60,742 nt of DNA, from assembly GCA_010015585.1 (NCBI GenBank), contig ML975182.1. The stretch is one strand, 5' to 3'. Positions 23,654-36,776 of this stretch are shown piece by piece. The notes under the pieces were generated by a model. It was not told the origin of the DNA and did not search any database. It worked only from the letters and a program-made list of their open reading frames with translations. The position numbers and the translations under genes were made by a program. Position 1 is the first letter of the stretch, and each line of letters starts with the position of its first letter. Source of the DNA: Eremomyces bilateralis CBS 781.70. Its lineage: Eukaryota.

Positions 23654-26600
23654 ATGGGTCCCAAAACTGAGCCATCGGGTTCCGAGAATCAGAAAGCGGA
23701 AACTCGGCTTCGCTATGCGGATGATGTCGAAACTGGCCCTCGTGCCAGTCGCATGCGTCGAGACTCGACAGACTCGATGTCCATCCGATCGTTTCCCAGG
23801 CACAGGACGGTAGACCCCAATATCGCCCTCCCGATTGAATACCGGACCGTGTAAGCCTTCCCAGTTGGAAATATTCCAATTCTAATCCTAACGCTGTCAA
23901 AGATCTTTCAATATTGCCGAGACCCAAGAACGACAACCTGAGAAAACTCCAAAGGACAAGGAAGGAGACGTAGAGCATGGTTATTATGAGCTCTTCACCA
24001 TACTCTTTCCCCAGGCTAATTCCAAAATACAGAGATTGCGCTACTTGAATGGCATATTCTGCCTGTCGAGGACGTGCTCAGCCGTCTGTCTGTCTCTGCG
24101 AAACAGGGCCTCTCCACGGACCAAGTAGCACGCAAACAGAGCGAATTCGGTCCCAATTCTCTGACACCACCTCCCTCTCGTTGGTTCATAAAGACGCTCG
24201 GGTATCTCTATGGGGGGTTTGGATCAGTCCTCTTTGTCGCTGCGATTCTTGTCTTCATCGCTTGGAAACCGCTTGGTCAACCACCGGCCATTGCGAATCT
24301 GGCTCTTGCTATTGTTCTTGCTGTTGTATGGGTTATTCAGGCTGGGTTCGCCTTCTATCAAGGTAATCAGAGGATGTTCATTAAAGGAATCCAGTACACT
24401 GATCCTCACTAGATTGGTCGAGCTCGCGTGTGATGTCCTCTATCTTAACCATGCTTCCTGACGACTGCATCGTTCTTCGCGATGGCACAAAGGTTGAGGT
24501 CAGTGCAACACAGCTGGTTCCCGGTGATATCCTTTATGTACGGATAGGCGACAAGCTCCCCGCAGATGTTCGCTTCCTCGAGGCCAGCCCTGATGCGAAA
24601 TTCGATCGTTCAATCCTTACCGGTACGTCAATCTCAATATAGGAGAGACGATTGAAGCTGACCTGTGTTGTAGGCGAAACTCTCCCCATGCGCGCCGCTG
24701 TGGACTCTAATGAAAATAATTACCTGGAAACGCCCTGCATCGGCATGGCCGGAACCCATTGTGTTTCCGGCCACGCAGTCGCCGTAATCGTGTCGACTGG
24801 CGACCGATCCGTTTTTGGCCGGCTAGCGAAACTTACTAGCACACCGGACACGGGATTCACGCTCCTTGAAAAGGAGATTTGCTACTTCGTCGCTGCGATT
24901 GTGAGTATCATGATTACCATGGTACTTATTTCTGTCACTATTTGGTGAGTTAGCATCATTGTGGCGCCGATTCCCGTACTTATATAGCCCCAGGGCTGCA
25001 TGGCTTCGAAAAGACCACCCAGAATGGATCAGTGTCTCCCTCTTGATTGTGTCCTGTGTCAGTATCGCAGTCGCGTTCATCCCGGAAGGTCTACCAATTG
25101 CTGTCTCTGCTAGGTATGTCCTCACTTTCAAAGGCCGGTTCTGTGCTAACCCGCTAGTTTGACAATCACTGCCAACATTATGAGGAAAAACAAGATTCTA
25201 TGCAAGTCTCTTAAGACAGTGGAAACACTCGGCTCAGTCAGTGTAATCTGCTCCGACAAGACGGGTACATTGACAAAGGTATGAATACCGTATCTCTACG
25301 CAAAATCATTCCGTAATATTGACAGAACCAAATGACTACATCCGACTGCCTCGTCTCGTCCGAGGCCATGACTGCCAACGCGGCCATCGGTGCTCTCGAG
25401 CTCGGCCAAAAAGATGAATATGCCTCTCAAATCTCTCGCGTTCTCGAAGAAATTGCTGAAATCGGTGCCCTCTGCAATGCTGGCGAGTTCGATGCTTCCA
25501 CGATCAATCTCCCGGCAGAACAACGCAAGGTCCACGGCGACGCAACGGACTCGGCGATTCTGAGGTTCAGCGAAGCGCTCATTCCAGTGAGCCAGACGAG
25601 AGAAAAATGGCAGCGTCTGTACCGGCTTGCCTTCAACAGCCGAAACAAATTCATGATCCAAGTCATCTCTCTGGCCAACCAAACGGCCCCAGAGAAGACA
25701 GCTGAAGGATTCCTAACCGTCAAAGGCGCTCCTGATATTCTCCTCCCACGCTGTCTCTTCTACCTCGACAACAACGGCTCCACAAAGCCCATGACTGAGA
25801 CTCACCGTGCCCATGTTGGATCTCTCAAGGACAACTGGTCCGGCCAAGGGAAACGCGTCATTCTCCTCGCATGCAAGAAGCTACCCAGCACCACCATGGC
25901 CATATCTATGGAGACCAGCGAATTTGAAGACTCCATTATGGATGAAAGCAAAGGCGGTCTGGAGCTCGTTGGCCTTATCGCCATCGTCGACCCTCCCAAA
26001 GACGAAATCCCCGATGTGGTATCCACATTGCGTGGCGCGGGTATCAAAGTTCACATGGTCACCGGAGATTTCAAGCTCACAGCCGTCGCGATTGCGCGCG
26101 ACTGTGGCATTATTACGGTTCCCAAGGATTCGATTGACGACGCCGGTGCACTTTCACTCTATAAAGCCGCAGATGTCATCCGCAAGGAACCCAGAGCCAT
26201 CGCCATCAATGGACGCGACATGCAAGCCCTTGATTATAGCCAATGGGAACAGCTTTGCGGCTACGATGAAATAGTTTTCGCGCGTACCACCCCTGAACAA
26301 AAACTGCGGATCGTCAAAGAACTTCAAGCACGCGGTGCCATCGTCGGAAGTATGTTGCCTTCCCTTCTACGTAACGATTTGATTACTAAGTTGGCTATCC
26401 TTAGTGACCGGTGACGGTGTCAACGACGCCCCCTCCCTCAAAACTGCAGACATCGGCATCGCCATGGGCAACGGAAGCGATATCGCCATCGAGGCTGCGG
26501 ACATGGTCTTGCTCGACAGTTTCGCGGCCATCATCGAAGCCGTCAAATACGGGCGGGTTGTGTTCGACAATCTCAAAAAGACAATATGTTTTCTATTGCC

Positions 26601-27361
26601 TGCTGGGTCTTTTTCCGAATTCACCCCAGTGATCACTAACATTGCGTTCGGCCTGCCGCAAATCTTATCGTCATTTTTGATGATTATCATTTGCTGCTGT
26701 ACCGATTGTGCGGCGGCGACGGCAATTGCGTACGAGAAACCCGAGGCAGATGTGCTGTTGCAGAAGCCGAGAAACCCGAAGAAAGATCATTTGGTGACGT
26801 GGAGACTGGTTCTCCAGGCGTATGGGTCCACAGGAATGCTGATGACCGTGAGCTCCTTCACTATGAGCTATTGGTATGCGGAGAGAAATGGGGTGCCGTT
26901 CTCGGTGCTGTGGTTCGGATTTGGCAAGACTCCCGACGGAATGAGTACCGAGACGATGGTTGGGGTCTTAAACATTGCATCCTCGATCTATTTCCTGAAT
27001 CTGGTCATCATGTAAGTTCGTTTTTCTGCCGTTTGATCGTAGCGACGCTCACTTTCCCAGGCAATGGTTCAACCTCATGGCTGTCCGTACTCGTCGCCTG
27101 AGCATACTCCAGCATCCTCCACTCTTCCGAAAAGAGACTAGGAATCTTTACCTCTTCCCTGCCATCATCTTTGCACTCCTCGTTGCTGTGCTTTTCCTCT
27201 ACGTCCCACGGATCCAAACGGTCCTTGCAACAACCGCGGTACCTGTCGCTCACTGGTTTTTGCCAATGGGCTTCGGAATGGGTCTTCTGCTGTTGGACGA
27301 AGGGAGGAAATATTGCGTCCGGAACTTCCCCAAGAGTATCATTGCGAGAATAGCCTGGTGA
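23654..27361 (+). CDS. P-type cation ATPase of Na+/K+-ATPase-like (type IIC / fungal ACU) class; multi-exon
   Basis: [39 protein letters not shown] (phosphorylated Asp ~25255), [53 protein letters not shown] and AYEKPEAD, with GT-AG introns throughout. Confidence 0.93.
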
Positions 27362-30234
27362 TGTGGAAATTGGATGCCTTTGAAGGAGTAGCATCGCAAC
27401 GTGTGGCTGGGTGATGCAACCATGTAGAATACATATTCAACATAATCGAACGTTGTTAAATCAGAGCCTAATTATGGTGGGAATCACATATCCCATTCAT
27501 GACTTCGACAGTACTATTCTGTACTTCATTCTGATCTCTCTGAGCAGTCTAAATATTATCCACGCACATAAATTTCCCTTGGTAGTTATATCCTCGCTGG
27601 TCCGACTTAAATTCCGACTATTTCATGGACACGAATGATGCTAGGAGAGATATGGTTTCAGATTATGAGCTCTAAGCCATTGATCAAAACCAGCTTCACG
27701 ATATCCACAAATGTTATGTATTACCAAACTCGTATCATGGTAGATATTGATGAGGCATGTTCTTTCACACCCCTTCCAGTATATCTTGATTCGCCAACCT
27801 CTTTCCAATGTCCCGCATCGCTGGATTTTCAAAGTTGAACCCAGGTGGCAAAAGAGGTCCATTGTGAAGTTATGGGACGATCTAGCCTTTTCATCCCGGT
27901 TCGTTCGTGTTGGCACATATTTTGGAATCGAGCTGGCACTTGGTCGGTGTTTCTCCTAAAGGCTGGGACCTGGCTGTGCCTGAGATGCGAAGCAAAATGT
28001 ACCAGACATACAAAATAATTCGCTAAACGAGAGTGTCATTACAGAAAACAACATTGTCCAATATGACATGAAGGTTGTTCACCAGTATAGCCAAGTGTCT
28101 CGGTACCAGTTACCAACTACTGCGTTGTCCCTGTCAAAAGAATGATGATGAAGTTGCTTGATTGAGTGCTAAGGCTGTGGGGGATGCTCACGAATATAAG
28201 TACGGTGGTCGGCCTGGGGGATTTGCAGTCGCGTGGCTACCGATGGACTCCCACCAAGATGACAGCACTATTATATACGGGTCCGACTGCGATCATACGC
28301 AGAACTGAAGGGTCTATCAAGATGAGAGAGGTGAAGGTGGTTACTGGGGTCAACGAAGCATACCTCGCGGCTTGATACTGGCTGAAAGCCGTTGCCTTGG
28401 ACGAGAAAGGGCATTGCAAGTGCAGAGGATGGACGACATGGCACTGTACGCAGGAGGGGAGTATTCTTGATATCGGATAGATTGTAAGCCGGAATACACA
28501 TCTGCCTTCATGCGGCTATTTTGAAATTCTAGATTCTGGCAATATTTTCTCTGCATCAGCGAATCGACGCCCCGTTCCTGGTCTCCCAAAACGGGATTCC
28601 GTTTGTCTCTTGAATTGGAATGTTCCATTAAGGTCGTGCAGGTTGCCGAGCAGTTTACAGGGGGGCAACTGAGGCTGGCGAACAGCCATTGGGTGAATGG
28701 GTTGTCCTTAGACAGTGGTGGGGAGGTTTCTCATACATACGATTGCTATGTCGTCATCAGAACCAAGAACACTGAAGCAAGATCAGTTCGGTCAAACTCT
28801 ACGGCAAACTTCAGCCTCCATTGCGAAGAGGGCAACCTTCTCTAGAAAGTCTATGAATATGTAACTAGAAATTATCTAAGACCAAACCAAGCATTGCAGT
28901 TCTTTGGAATGAAACCTATCGAACCTGGATTTCAGTCCGCCATGTAGCCATTACACGCTGATGTACCTCTCCCCACGGATCAGTTCGTGTACGTTGGCAA
29001 TTACACCTTAACACGTATAATGGAATCATGCCAATATCAAATCCAATTCTACAGTCCACGCTGGAAGTATATGGTGAGCGCAGACTTTTGCAGTGACTTG
29101 AGAAGGGGAAGAGGTGAACGGGGGTGGCGCAACAGGGGTATCCCGGCCACATCTGGTCACTCCATTTGACCCGTACAAATTATGTATTTAATGAGCAATA
29201 CGAATTATATCGCAGTGAACGCTGCGTAGCATGTAGACTCTGCTGCAAGAAGCAGGCCTCAAAGTAGCTTAGGTGAGTGCTGACTCGATCCATTGCGAGC
29301 AGAGTTCATTTCCACAACTTAAGCCGAACCAAATTTGAGTAGGAAATGGTCAAGTAACTATCACTTTGCTATTACTCGCTAGGCAGGCTAGTTTGGCCAC
29401 CCAAAGAATGTCCATATTAAGATTTCGAAACTGACATCGAATTCAAAGCTGCTGTTGAACCCAGGGAGAGATCACATGTCGTCATGTGATAGCCTATACT
29501 TAGGTAGAGCTATCCTGGCAGCCTGGCTACTGCAAGCAGCCGGTTTTGCGGAGGCTAGCGTCGATTAGCGTCGACTTAGATGGAAGCGGAGGGCAAGGGT
29601 CTCAATGTGGGGCACATCGTGAGATTGATATTGGGAAGATGTCCAGTTGCTGATGGATCATGGATTGCAAATGTTACCCAATGTGCCTGGTTTTAACCAT
29701 GTGTAGAAGGTTAGCAATAAGGCCAAGGTGTAAGCTACGTATAGAATGCCCTTTGTGGCTCTTGGTTGAGGAGGAGGCCGGAGAAGACCATCTATACGAT
29801 TTAGACCCCTTTTACAATAGCGATGACAAACGATACTGGGCGTCATAAAAGTGTTCTCTGGACAATATCAATGTGACGATGATTGTAATCGAGTGGTATC
29901 TATGTCCTGTAGTAATACCGGGCCGGTTTATGTCTTGTGACTGCACGTTTCTACCTGAGGCTTTGTTGACCAGAAAGGGAAAGGAACATGTCCACTTGCA
30001 CCTGCAGGTCCCAGCTCGCGAATCTCTCGATATTTTATTGTTGACTTCTTTCTCTCACTCTTCCTTTTCCTTCTTCTTCTTTTCTCCACCCCCACAACTT
30101 TCTTTTCTTTCCGCATCGCTCCTTTCATTCCTTCCTAAACACACCATCGTTCATTCCATGCTCTTTATTACTTGAATTGGGTCTTCAAGAAAGTACTGAA
30201 AGCCTCAGACGGGAGGCGTCAACTTACCGTCACC

Positions 30235-33200
30235 ATGCCTGGGCGATTTGACAATTCACTCATGGCATCTAAATGGGCGCCAAAGCCGGACGAACTGCCG
30301 CAGCAGCAGACAAGTCAGTAAATCATCAAACGATCCCACCTCAGTGTCTAATTGTGTCGAATAGACAAGCCGACTGATCATCAAGTTGCCGTATCGTCGG
30401 CCACCCCCGCGCCCCAAGACTCTAGGTACGTGGGAGAATCTTCTCAGTCGTCGGCAAGCACTTCATCAAAAGCCCTCGAGCCAAAGCCAGTGATGGAGAC
30501 CCTCAAGCGTGGTACGGAAAAGGCCAATGGTAAATCATCAATCCTCATCCTCTGTATCACTTCTGAATCCTGATTTTGGATCAACACTGCATTTTTGTAC
30601 AGCGCACTAATAATTTGTTAGCTTCAGTTGCCAACATCAAGACTAGGAGTGCAAAGGCTCAGACTCCTCTCGCTCCTCTACTCCGATATTTCACTCAACC
30701 TCAAGCTCAAACTATCCCTCAGAGCGAGAAGGTCAACGCCACTGTCCCTCAAAGCGAGAAAGCCAACAGAACTGTTCCAACTGGTGTTGCAACCCACACG
30801 GCTGGGCGGCAGAGTGGGTTTGAGTCTGCGTTACAGAGTGCAATCCAAACCGTTGTGCAGTCAATGATGGGCCCGGAATTTTGGCAACCTATGCAGACTA
30901 CATTTGGCGCCACTCAATCGGCATTGAATCAGTCTCCATCGCGCGGTCATGGTCGAGGACGAGGAAATCCCTCTCTTCGCGGCCACTCCCAACCTCCAAC
31001 GTGGAGAAGGACAGGCCGCAGGGCTCGTGGACATAAGCGTGCCGGCTCGCTTCCGAACCTTGGTAGAGGGCCGGGACCAAGACCCTCATCCACTGCGACT
31101 CCACGGCACTTCAACGTTCAGCAGCTCCAAGCCGCTCCCAACGGTCACACCGCGCGGCCCCAATCGTTTTCACCGTCGCAAGAATCTGTTGCGGCCGCAG
31201 GGTCTCCGGGACATAAGAGAAAGAAGTCTAGAAATGCTAACATTTCCAGTGACCGTCCGATGCCTCAAGCAGCCGGTCCTAGTGCTCCGCTGTCTCAAGT
31301 TGCTGTCCCCAATATCATCAAGGAGGAGCCTGCCGCCTCGAGGGCCCCCGAACAGACCCCACAGCCGACTAAAACTCAAGGCACTGTGGAAAAGGCCACA
31401 AAGAAGGAGCCTGTTGCTCGCAATGTCCGCGAACAAACCCCAAAGTCGGCTGAAGCTCCAGGCACTGTGGAAATGATCGCTCCTCCCAGCACCGATAGCA
31501 ACGGCAAGCTATCATTGATAGAGAAGATGGGTATAGCAAGAGCTACACTTGCTAATGCCACTTATTCGACGCCACCACCACGCGAGCCTACTCAGACTCG
31601 CCAAGATCGAATCGGGTCTCATCCAGTGCCGACCGGTCCTCGTCATGCAGGTTTCTCATCCCCTGGAGTCAGTCGTGGATCATCTGGACCGTTCCATCAG
31701 ACTCGACAACAGATGCTTCCGGGCGGGCGAGGCTATGGCCGCAGTGAGGGACCGGATGGATTTGCAGAGCAAAACAACTACATGCATTCTCATCCAACCA
31801 CCCATAGTTTCCACGGTGGAGGGCCAGGAAGATTTCCGCTCTCAATGCGCCAAATTGCCCCCCGAGTCACGAACTCTTTCCCATCTCAGCGCCTGGTTCC
31901 TAAGGAACTGCAACAACTTACTTCTAAGGAGATTCAGGAGTTCCGGGGCAAGTGGCAGAACTTCAAGGATGAAGATAATGAGGCATTTGTGAAGGAACTG
32001 CACCAGCAAGCACTGACTGAGTTCCATGCCAACAAGAATAAGTCCGCTGAAGAGGGCCAAGCCGCTCCTGCTACATGGCCTGCGAAGGTAAAGTTGCTAG
32101 ATGGAACTTCTACCAAGGCGAAGGAAATCAAGCTCCCCCCACCCAAGGGTGCCTCTTGGGCTAGGCGACCCGTGTTGAAGCTTGCTGGCTCTGCGACTGG
32201 GACAGAACCAAAGAAGGAAGGTGAGACGTCAGAAACTGAAGAGACTTCGAAGACTACTACCAAAGGGAAAGACAAGGTTGTTGATGAAGGCAAGGACACT
32301 GAGACAACTGCAGCAAATTATTCCAAAGGCAAGGGCAAAGTTGTCGAGGAAACGAAGAGCACTGAGACGATCGCACCAAAATCTTCAAAAGGCAAAGAGA
32401 GGGTCATCGAGACTGAACAGATGATGACAGATGAGGCCCAGTCCACCGGACCAGGCCGTAAAACTCGCCGTATGTCGTCCAGCCAGAGCACCGGCTTCCT
32501 CGCTGCGGACAATAAAATGACCCAAGCCCTCTTTGCTCTCCCAATCGCCGAACGCGTCGAGAGTAGCGTGGCTATCGTCCGGAGCGCTCGCGAAGCAGGA
32601 GCGACCGCACAATCTAAGTCGATTGCGGCTGCGCAATCGCTCCAAATGGCCCAGATCGCCGTGCTTCAGCATCAAGATAGACTCGAAGCCGCCGATTCGG
32701 CACTTGCAAAGGCCATGTCGATTTTGGCCGAAGTCGAGCAGCAGCATGACATGATTGTCAATCAAGCCAAGATCTCAGGGGCCGGAATTCTAGCCCTTGA
32801 GGAGATATCGACACCGGACGAGCAGTTGGGGACGACTTGGAAGTTGCCTAGTGATAATCAGCGAGGACCGGGGCCTGCGAAAGTTGCGAGTCAGTGAGTC
32901 AGTCTGTCCGCTGGGGAGTTCGAACTGACCAACATTTTAGAGAAACAATACATCGACCCCATGGAGGGATCCTCTCGATCTGCCCCACCGCGCAAAGACC
33001 CTGAATCTCCCGCGAAAGCCGGCCCGAGCAATACCACCAGCGTATACGCCACCCGCTACGGTCCTCATTATCATTACCGGGAGAACCGTGCTGGCAAGGC
33101 AGTTCAGAGGAAGAAAACTGCTGCTCATCTCCACGCTGGTGAAGCAGAGAGCAGTGATAATGTTTCGGGGGGTCCTGGCAATTCTGGTGAGGGTGTGCCT

Positions 33201-34417
33201 CTTCAGCGAAGCACTGCAAAGAAGGACATTGTCGTTGAGTCGGTCGCCATAACTCAGTCCAATTCTGAGAAGAAGGTCCCAGAGTCGAAGAAGCCAGCGG
33301 CTCATGGTGGGTCGAGCCCCGCGGCTCCCCCCAATGTTTCCACTCCCTCTTGTCCTGCGATGGTTGCTGTTGCAGGTAATTCTCGTACTCATCCAGCCCA
33401 AGCAGCAAGCACCAAGCCTGTGCAAACGGTTGCAGTTCAGAAACAAAATGAACTCTCCATGCCCGCTGGAAAGGTCAAGGACCGAGGCAAAGTTCCGGAG
33501 AAGTCGAAGATGGCAACGAACGAGAAGAAGCCTACGATGGAGGGCACGACCGAGCGTCCGAGCACCAAGTCCCCCGTCACTGCCCCGATTTTCAGGCATG
33601 GCGGAGTTCCTCTGCCAAAGACAGCGGCCACGGATGGCCCGTCTCATGTTGTTGATCCGATGTCCAACCCTAGCAAAACCGAGTGGATGGAGAAGCTGCA
33701 CCAACCTAACAACCCGAAGGCCATGAAGGCCATGAAGGTTTTGGCTGCACTGGTTCAAAATTCCGCACGTGGCGAGGATAATAATAACGTTCGTCGGGTC
33801 ATCCTCCACAACCTGCCTCCCGGCACCACGTTGAAGAAGCTGGGGATGTTGATCTGGGGTGGCGTCGTCCAGCGCATCGACTACACTCCTGGAGCGCCTT
33901 CTGCGTCTGTCCTATTTGTGAATGCCACTGGCAGTGATCAGTACATGGCCACTACGCGGACTGGCATAAAGCTTATGTTTGGTGGGCAGGAGCTTCTCAT
34001 TGTCATCGAGAGGGCCAAGGAACGTGAGGCACGCAGCAAGCAGGTGCTTGGCTGGGATATCGACGGATTTACTCGCTGCATTAAGGTTGAACACATTCCT
34101 CTCGACTTCGATGACAAGGCGTTGGTCTCGCGAGCAGCGAGTGAGGGTCGACTGTTGGAGGGGATGCAGGCGCGAATGTCTGATGATGGAAAGGTGAGTT
34201 CTCACCACAATGTTTTTCTGATCATATCGTCGATGGTCGGTTGCTAACATCTGCATAGTCCCGTGAGGCTCTCTTCCGGTTCGCGTCTATCAACGACGCC
34301 GACGCTTTCCGTCGCTTCGCCTGGAATGACCTCGACGGGCTCCTTCACTGCGAGATTAGCTTCGGTCCGGATCCCTGCGATCGTCCCACTCGCGCCACTA
34401 GGACGCCAGAGTGGTAA
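30235..34417 (+). CDS. Large low-complexity protein with a central coiled coil and C-terminal tandem RRM-like domains
   Basis: ATG 30235 (MPGRFDNSLMASKWAP); long ORFs 30576-32897 and 32961-34247 joined by GTGAGT...CTGAC...TAG introns. The C-terminus reads RRVILHNLP...WGGVVQRI...ASVLF...TRCIKV...FRFASINDA...ISFGPDPC, typical of fungal RRM-like pairs. Confidence 0.72.
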
Positions 34418-36776
34418 TCACTTACTACGATTCGGATCTTCCACACACGATAACCTCCCCTCACAAAAATTCAGAGTGGTTGCTTTTCTTTGATTTCGGC
34501 TCGTCCAGGGATAGCCTCCTCATGCACACCTTTGGCAGGTACAACGCTAAACCATTATCGGGCGATCGGTTCTGGAATAGCATCGGGGATGGAAGTTCGG
34601 TGAATAGTGAAAAAGATAGAAGTACTACCAAGCTCATGCTGTGCGGTCAGGCATGGAGATTTTGATTTTTCGCTGTTTTCTGATCGGGGATGATGAAAGT
34701 TGGTAGTGAAGGACCAGAGAAATACGTACCAAGTCCATGCCCCTGCGGCAGGGGACTTTTTCGGCAGACGGCAGGTTATAAGTTTTCGGAATATCAGGGG
34801 AGCCGATGCAATTTGATATCTCCACCCGGATGTTGCGTGGTCGATGATGCAGTGTGACTTGATATGTTACATGTGGTGCCCACCCCGCCTGTCTTTCCAT
34901 CTCCCTAGCGACGCGATGGTCGTGATAAGATAGCTGAACCATTACGATGATTTATGATAGTTGCGCTTTTCTTACTTTTGTATACATACCGGTGTCCATC
35001 CACCCCCATGCAGACCGCATACGATCTCCTTCCGCTACGCCTGTCCCCTAATGCTTGATCAAATCATCCTCATCCTCTCCTCCTCATTGATATCCTCGCC
35101 CCCCTCCTCCTTAAAAATCTTCCCCAACCGCTCACTCCATCCCGCCCCCCCACCCCGCCTACGCCTCTAAATCCCTCATCATCCTATCCACCGTATCCGC
35201 CGCGCCCCTGATTCTTCAACTTCTCCCGGCCCACGGCCGTGCGGCTGCCCGAATTCCAAGCCCCCCACGTACGGAGTAGGAAGACGATGACGACCCCAGT
35301 GATTCTTTCTTCCTTTGTTTTCTGGATGATTGCGTCTAGTCCAACAGCCCCTTCCCTTCGTCACAGTCCGCAACGGCCAAGTGCCAAACAATTTGGCTCC
35401 CTCGACTGTGCTTCGGAGAGCCAGTGCCACCATTTCCCTGGGATGGCATTGATAATGAAGGCAACGCCTGGGAGCAATTGGGTCATTTCAAAGGGCTCAT
35501 GCAACTTGAAGATGGTGCCATACATCCCGGGAACTCGTTTGTCCTAGGCCACAAGCATGCTTCTCATGGCATGAAGATCTTCATGGTAGAGCACTAACTT
35601 TCTAGCATACTGCCGAACAATTGAAGCTAGAGCAGAATAAAAGTTGACGTACTGTACATCGATACAGGATACTTCAGTTGGCGAGTCAGATATCAAGCGG
35701 GTAGGTCCCAGTCGTTCTCAAATACTTACCGGAGCACCCAAGGGGAGCAGTTATGACATAGGGAGTCACAGGATGTTCCGTGATGGTAATCATATATATT
35801 TCCCTGAGTTCCGTCAATGATCACACATCTATGTGCATGCTTTTGGGTGCAATGAGTGTATCATAATTAAGAAGAATCCATTGTATGGTTCGTGGAGGCT
35901 TTGAACCCATTCTATACCACCCTCGTGTGCCTTGGAGAGCTCATAGTTTAATATAACTCTCTCTTACTATATTATATCCTGGGGCTTGGAGCTCATTCTG
36001 CTGAAAACAAGAGCTTCGGTTCATGTTAGGGTTTTGTAGCGTTGACGCATTGGTTGGGTGGGCTACTTGGGGGTGGCGGTGCACACCCTGGACGGAACTT
36101 GAATCTGATGGACTGATGCGGACTGACGGCACTGGGATGGGTTGGAGGTGGCCCCACAGGGCAAAACTTAAAGTTGACAACCAACTCTTAAAGTTCTATT
36201 TTTCAGTACAGATATCAGATCTACGCAGGTACTAGGTACTGATTATACAACAAACTCCATACTCTAAACTGGACTGTAATTATACCTGGAAAGGAGGCAG
36301 CAATTACAGAACCGAGAACACTCATCTACGCCAAGAACCTGAATTGACTTCAGTTCCTTCTAACGACATTCATTCCAACTCGTATAGTGCCGGCATGGTC
36401 CAGTCCCCTCTTTGCGGAATGCGAACAGTGGTGCCATTATAAAGATATATATCAATGGTAATTTCAAGGCAGCCTGTTCGTAGCCCTGACAGCAGACTTT
36501 AGGGACTGCATATCCACTGGGTTATAGCCATAGCAAGGCGATAAGCAATGGTCCTAGTTCAACGATAGTACTGAACTAACTATATACATTTGGACACGGA
36601 TTTGCCCAAAGCAGTAACCAGAACAAGAGGTACTAGTTAGGCATGGACTGTGACTACTTGATAATGACATCTCGTTATTTGTCCAGTCCTTCTTTTGAGA
36701 TAATCATTGCACGCGAGCGTTCTTCTACACATATGGCTCAGACAACTGAGATTCACCAAACGATCCAACCTCCACA

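Noticed and set aside
29471..29490. 8-bp inverted repeat ATCACATG-TCGT-CATGTGAT
   Set aside because: An isolated short hairpin, not distinguishable from chance; no target-site duplication or element context.
27400..29900. Short ORFs and coding-like fragments between the ATPase and the RRM-like gene
   Set aside because: No recognisable motif; may be a decayed gene but cannot be supported without a BLASTx search.
35884..35912. Weak B-box-like sequence on the minus strand
   Set aside because: No T-stem pairing, A box or cloverleaf.
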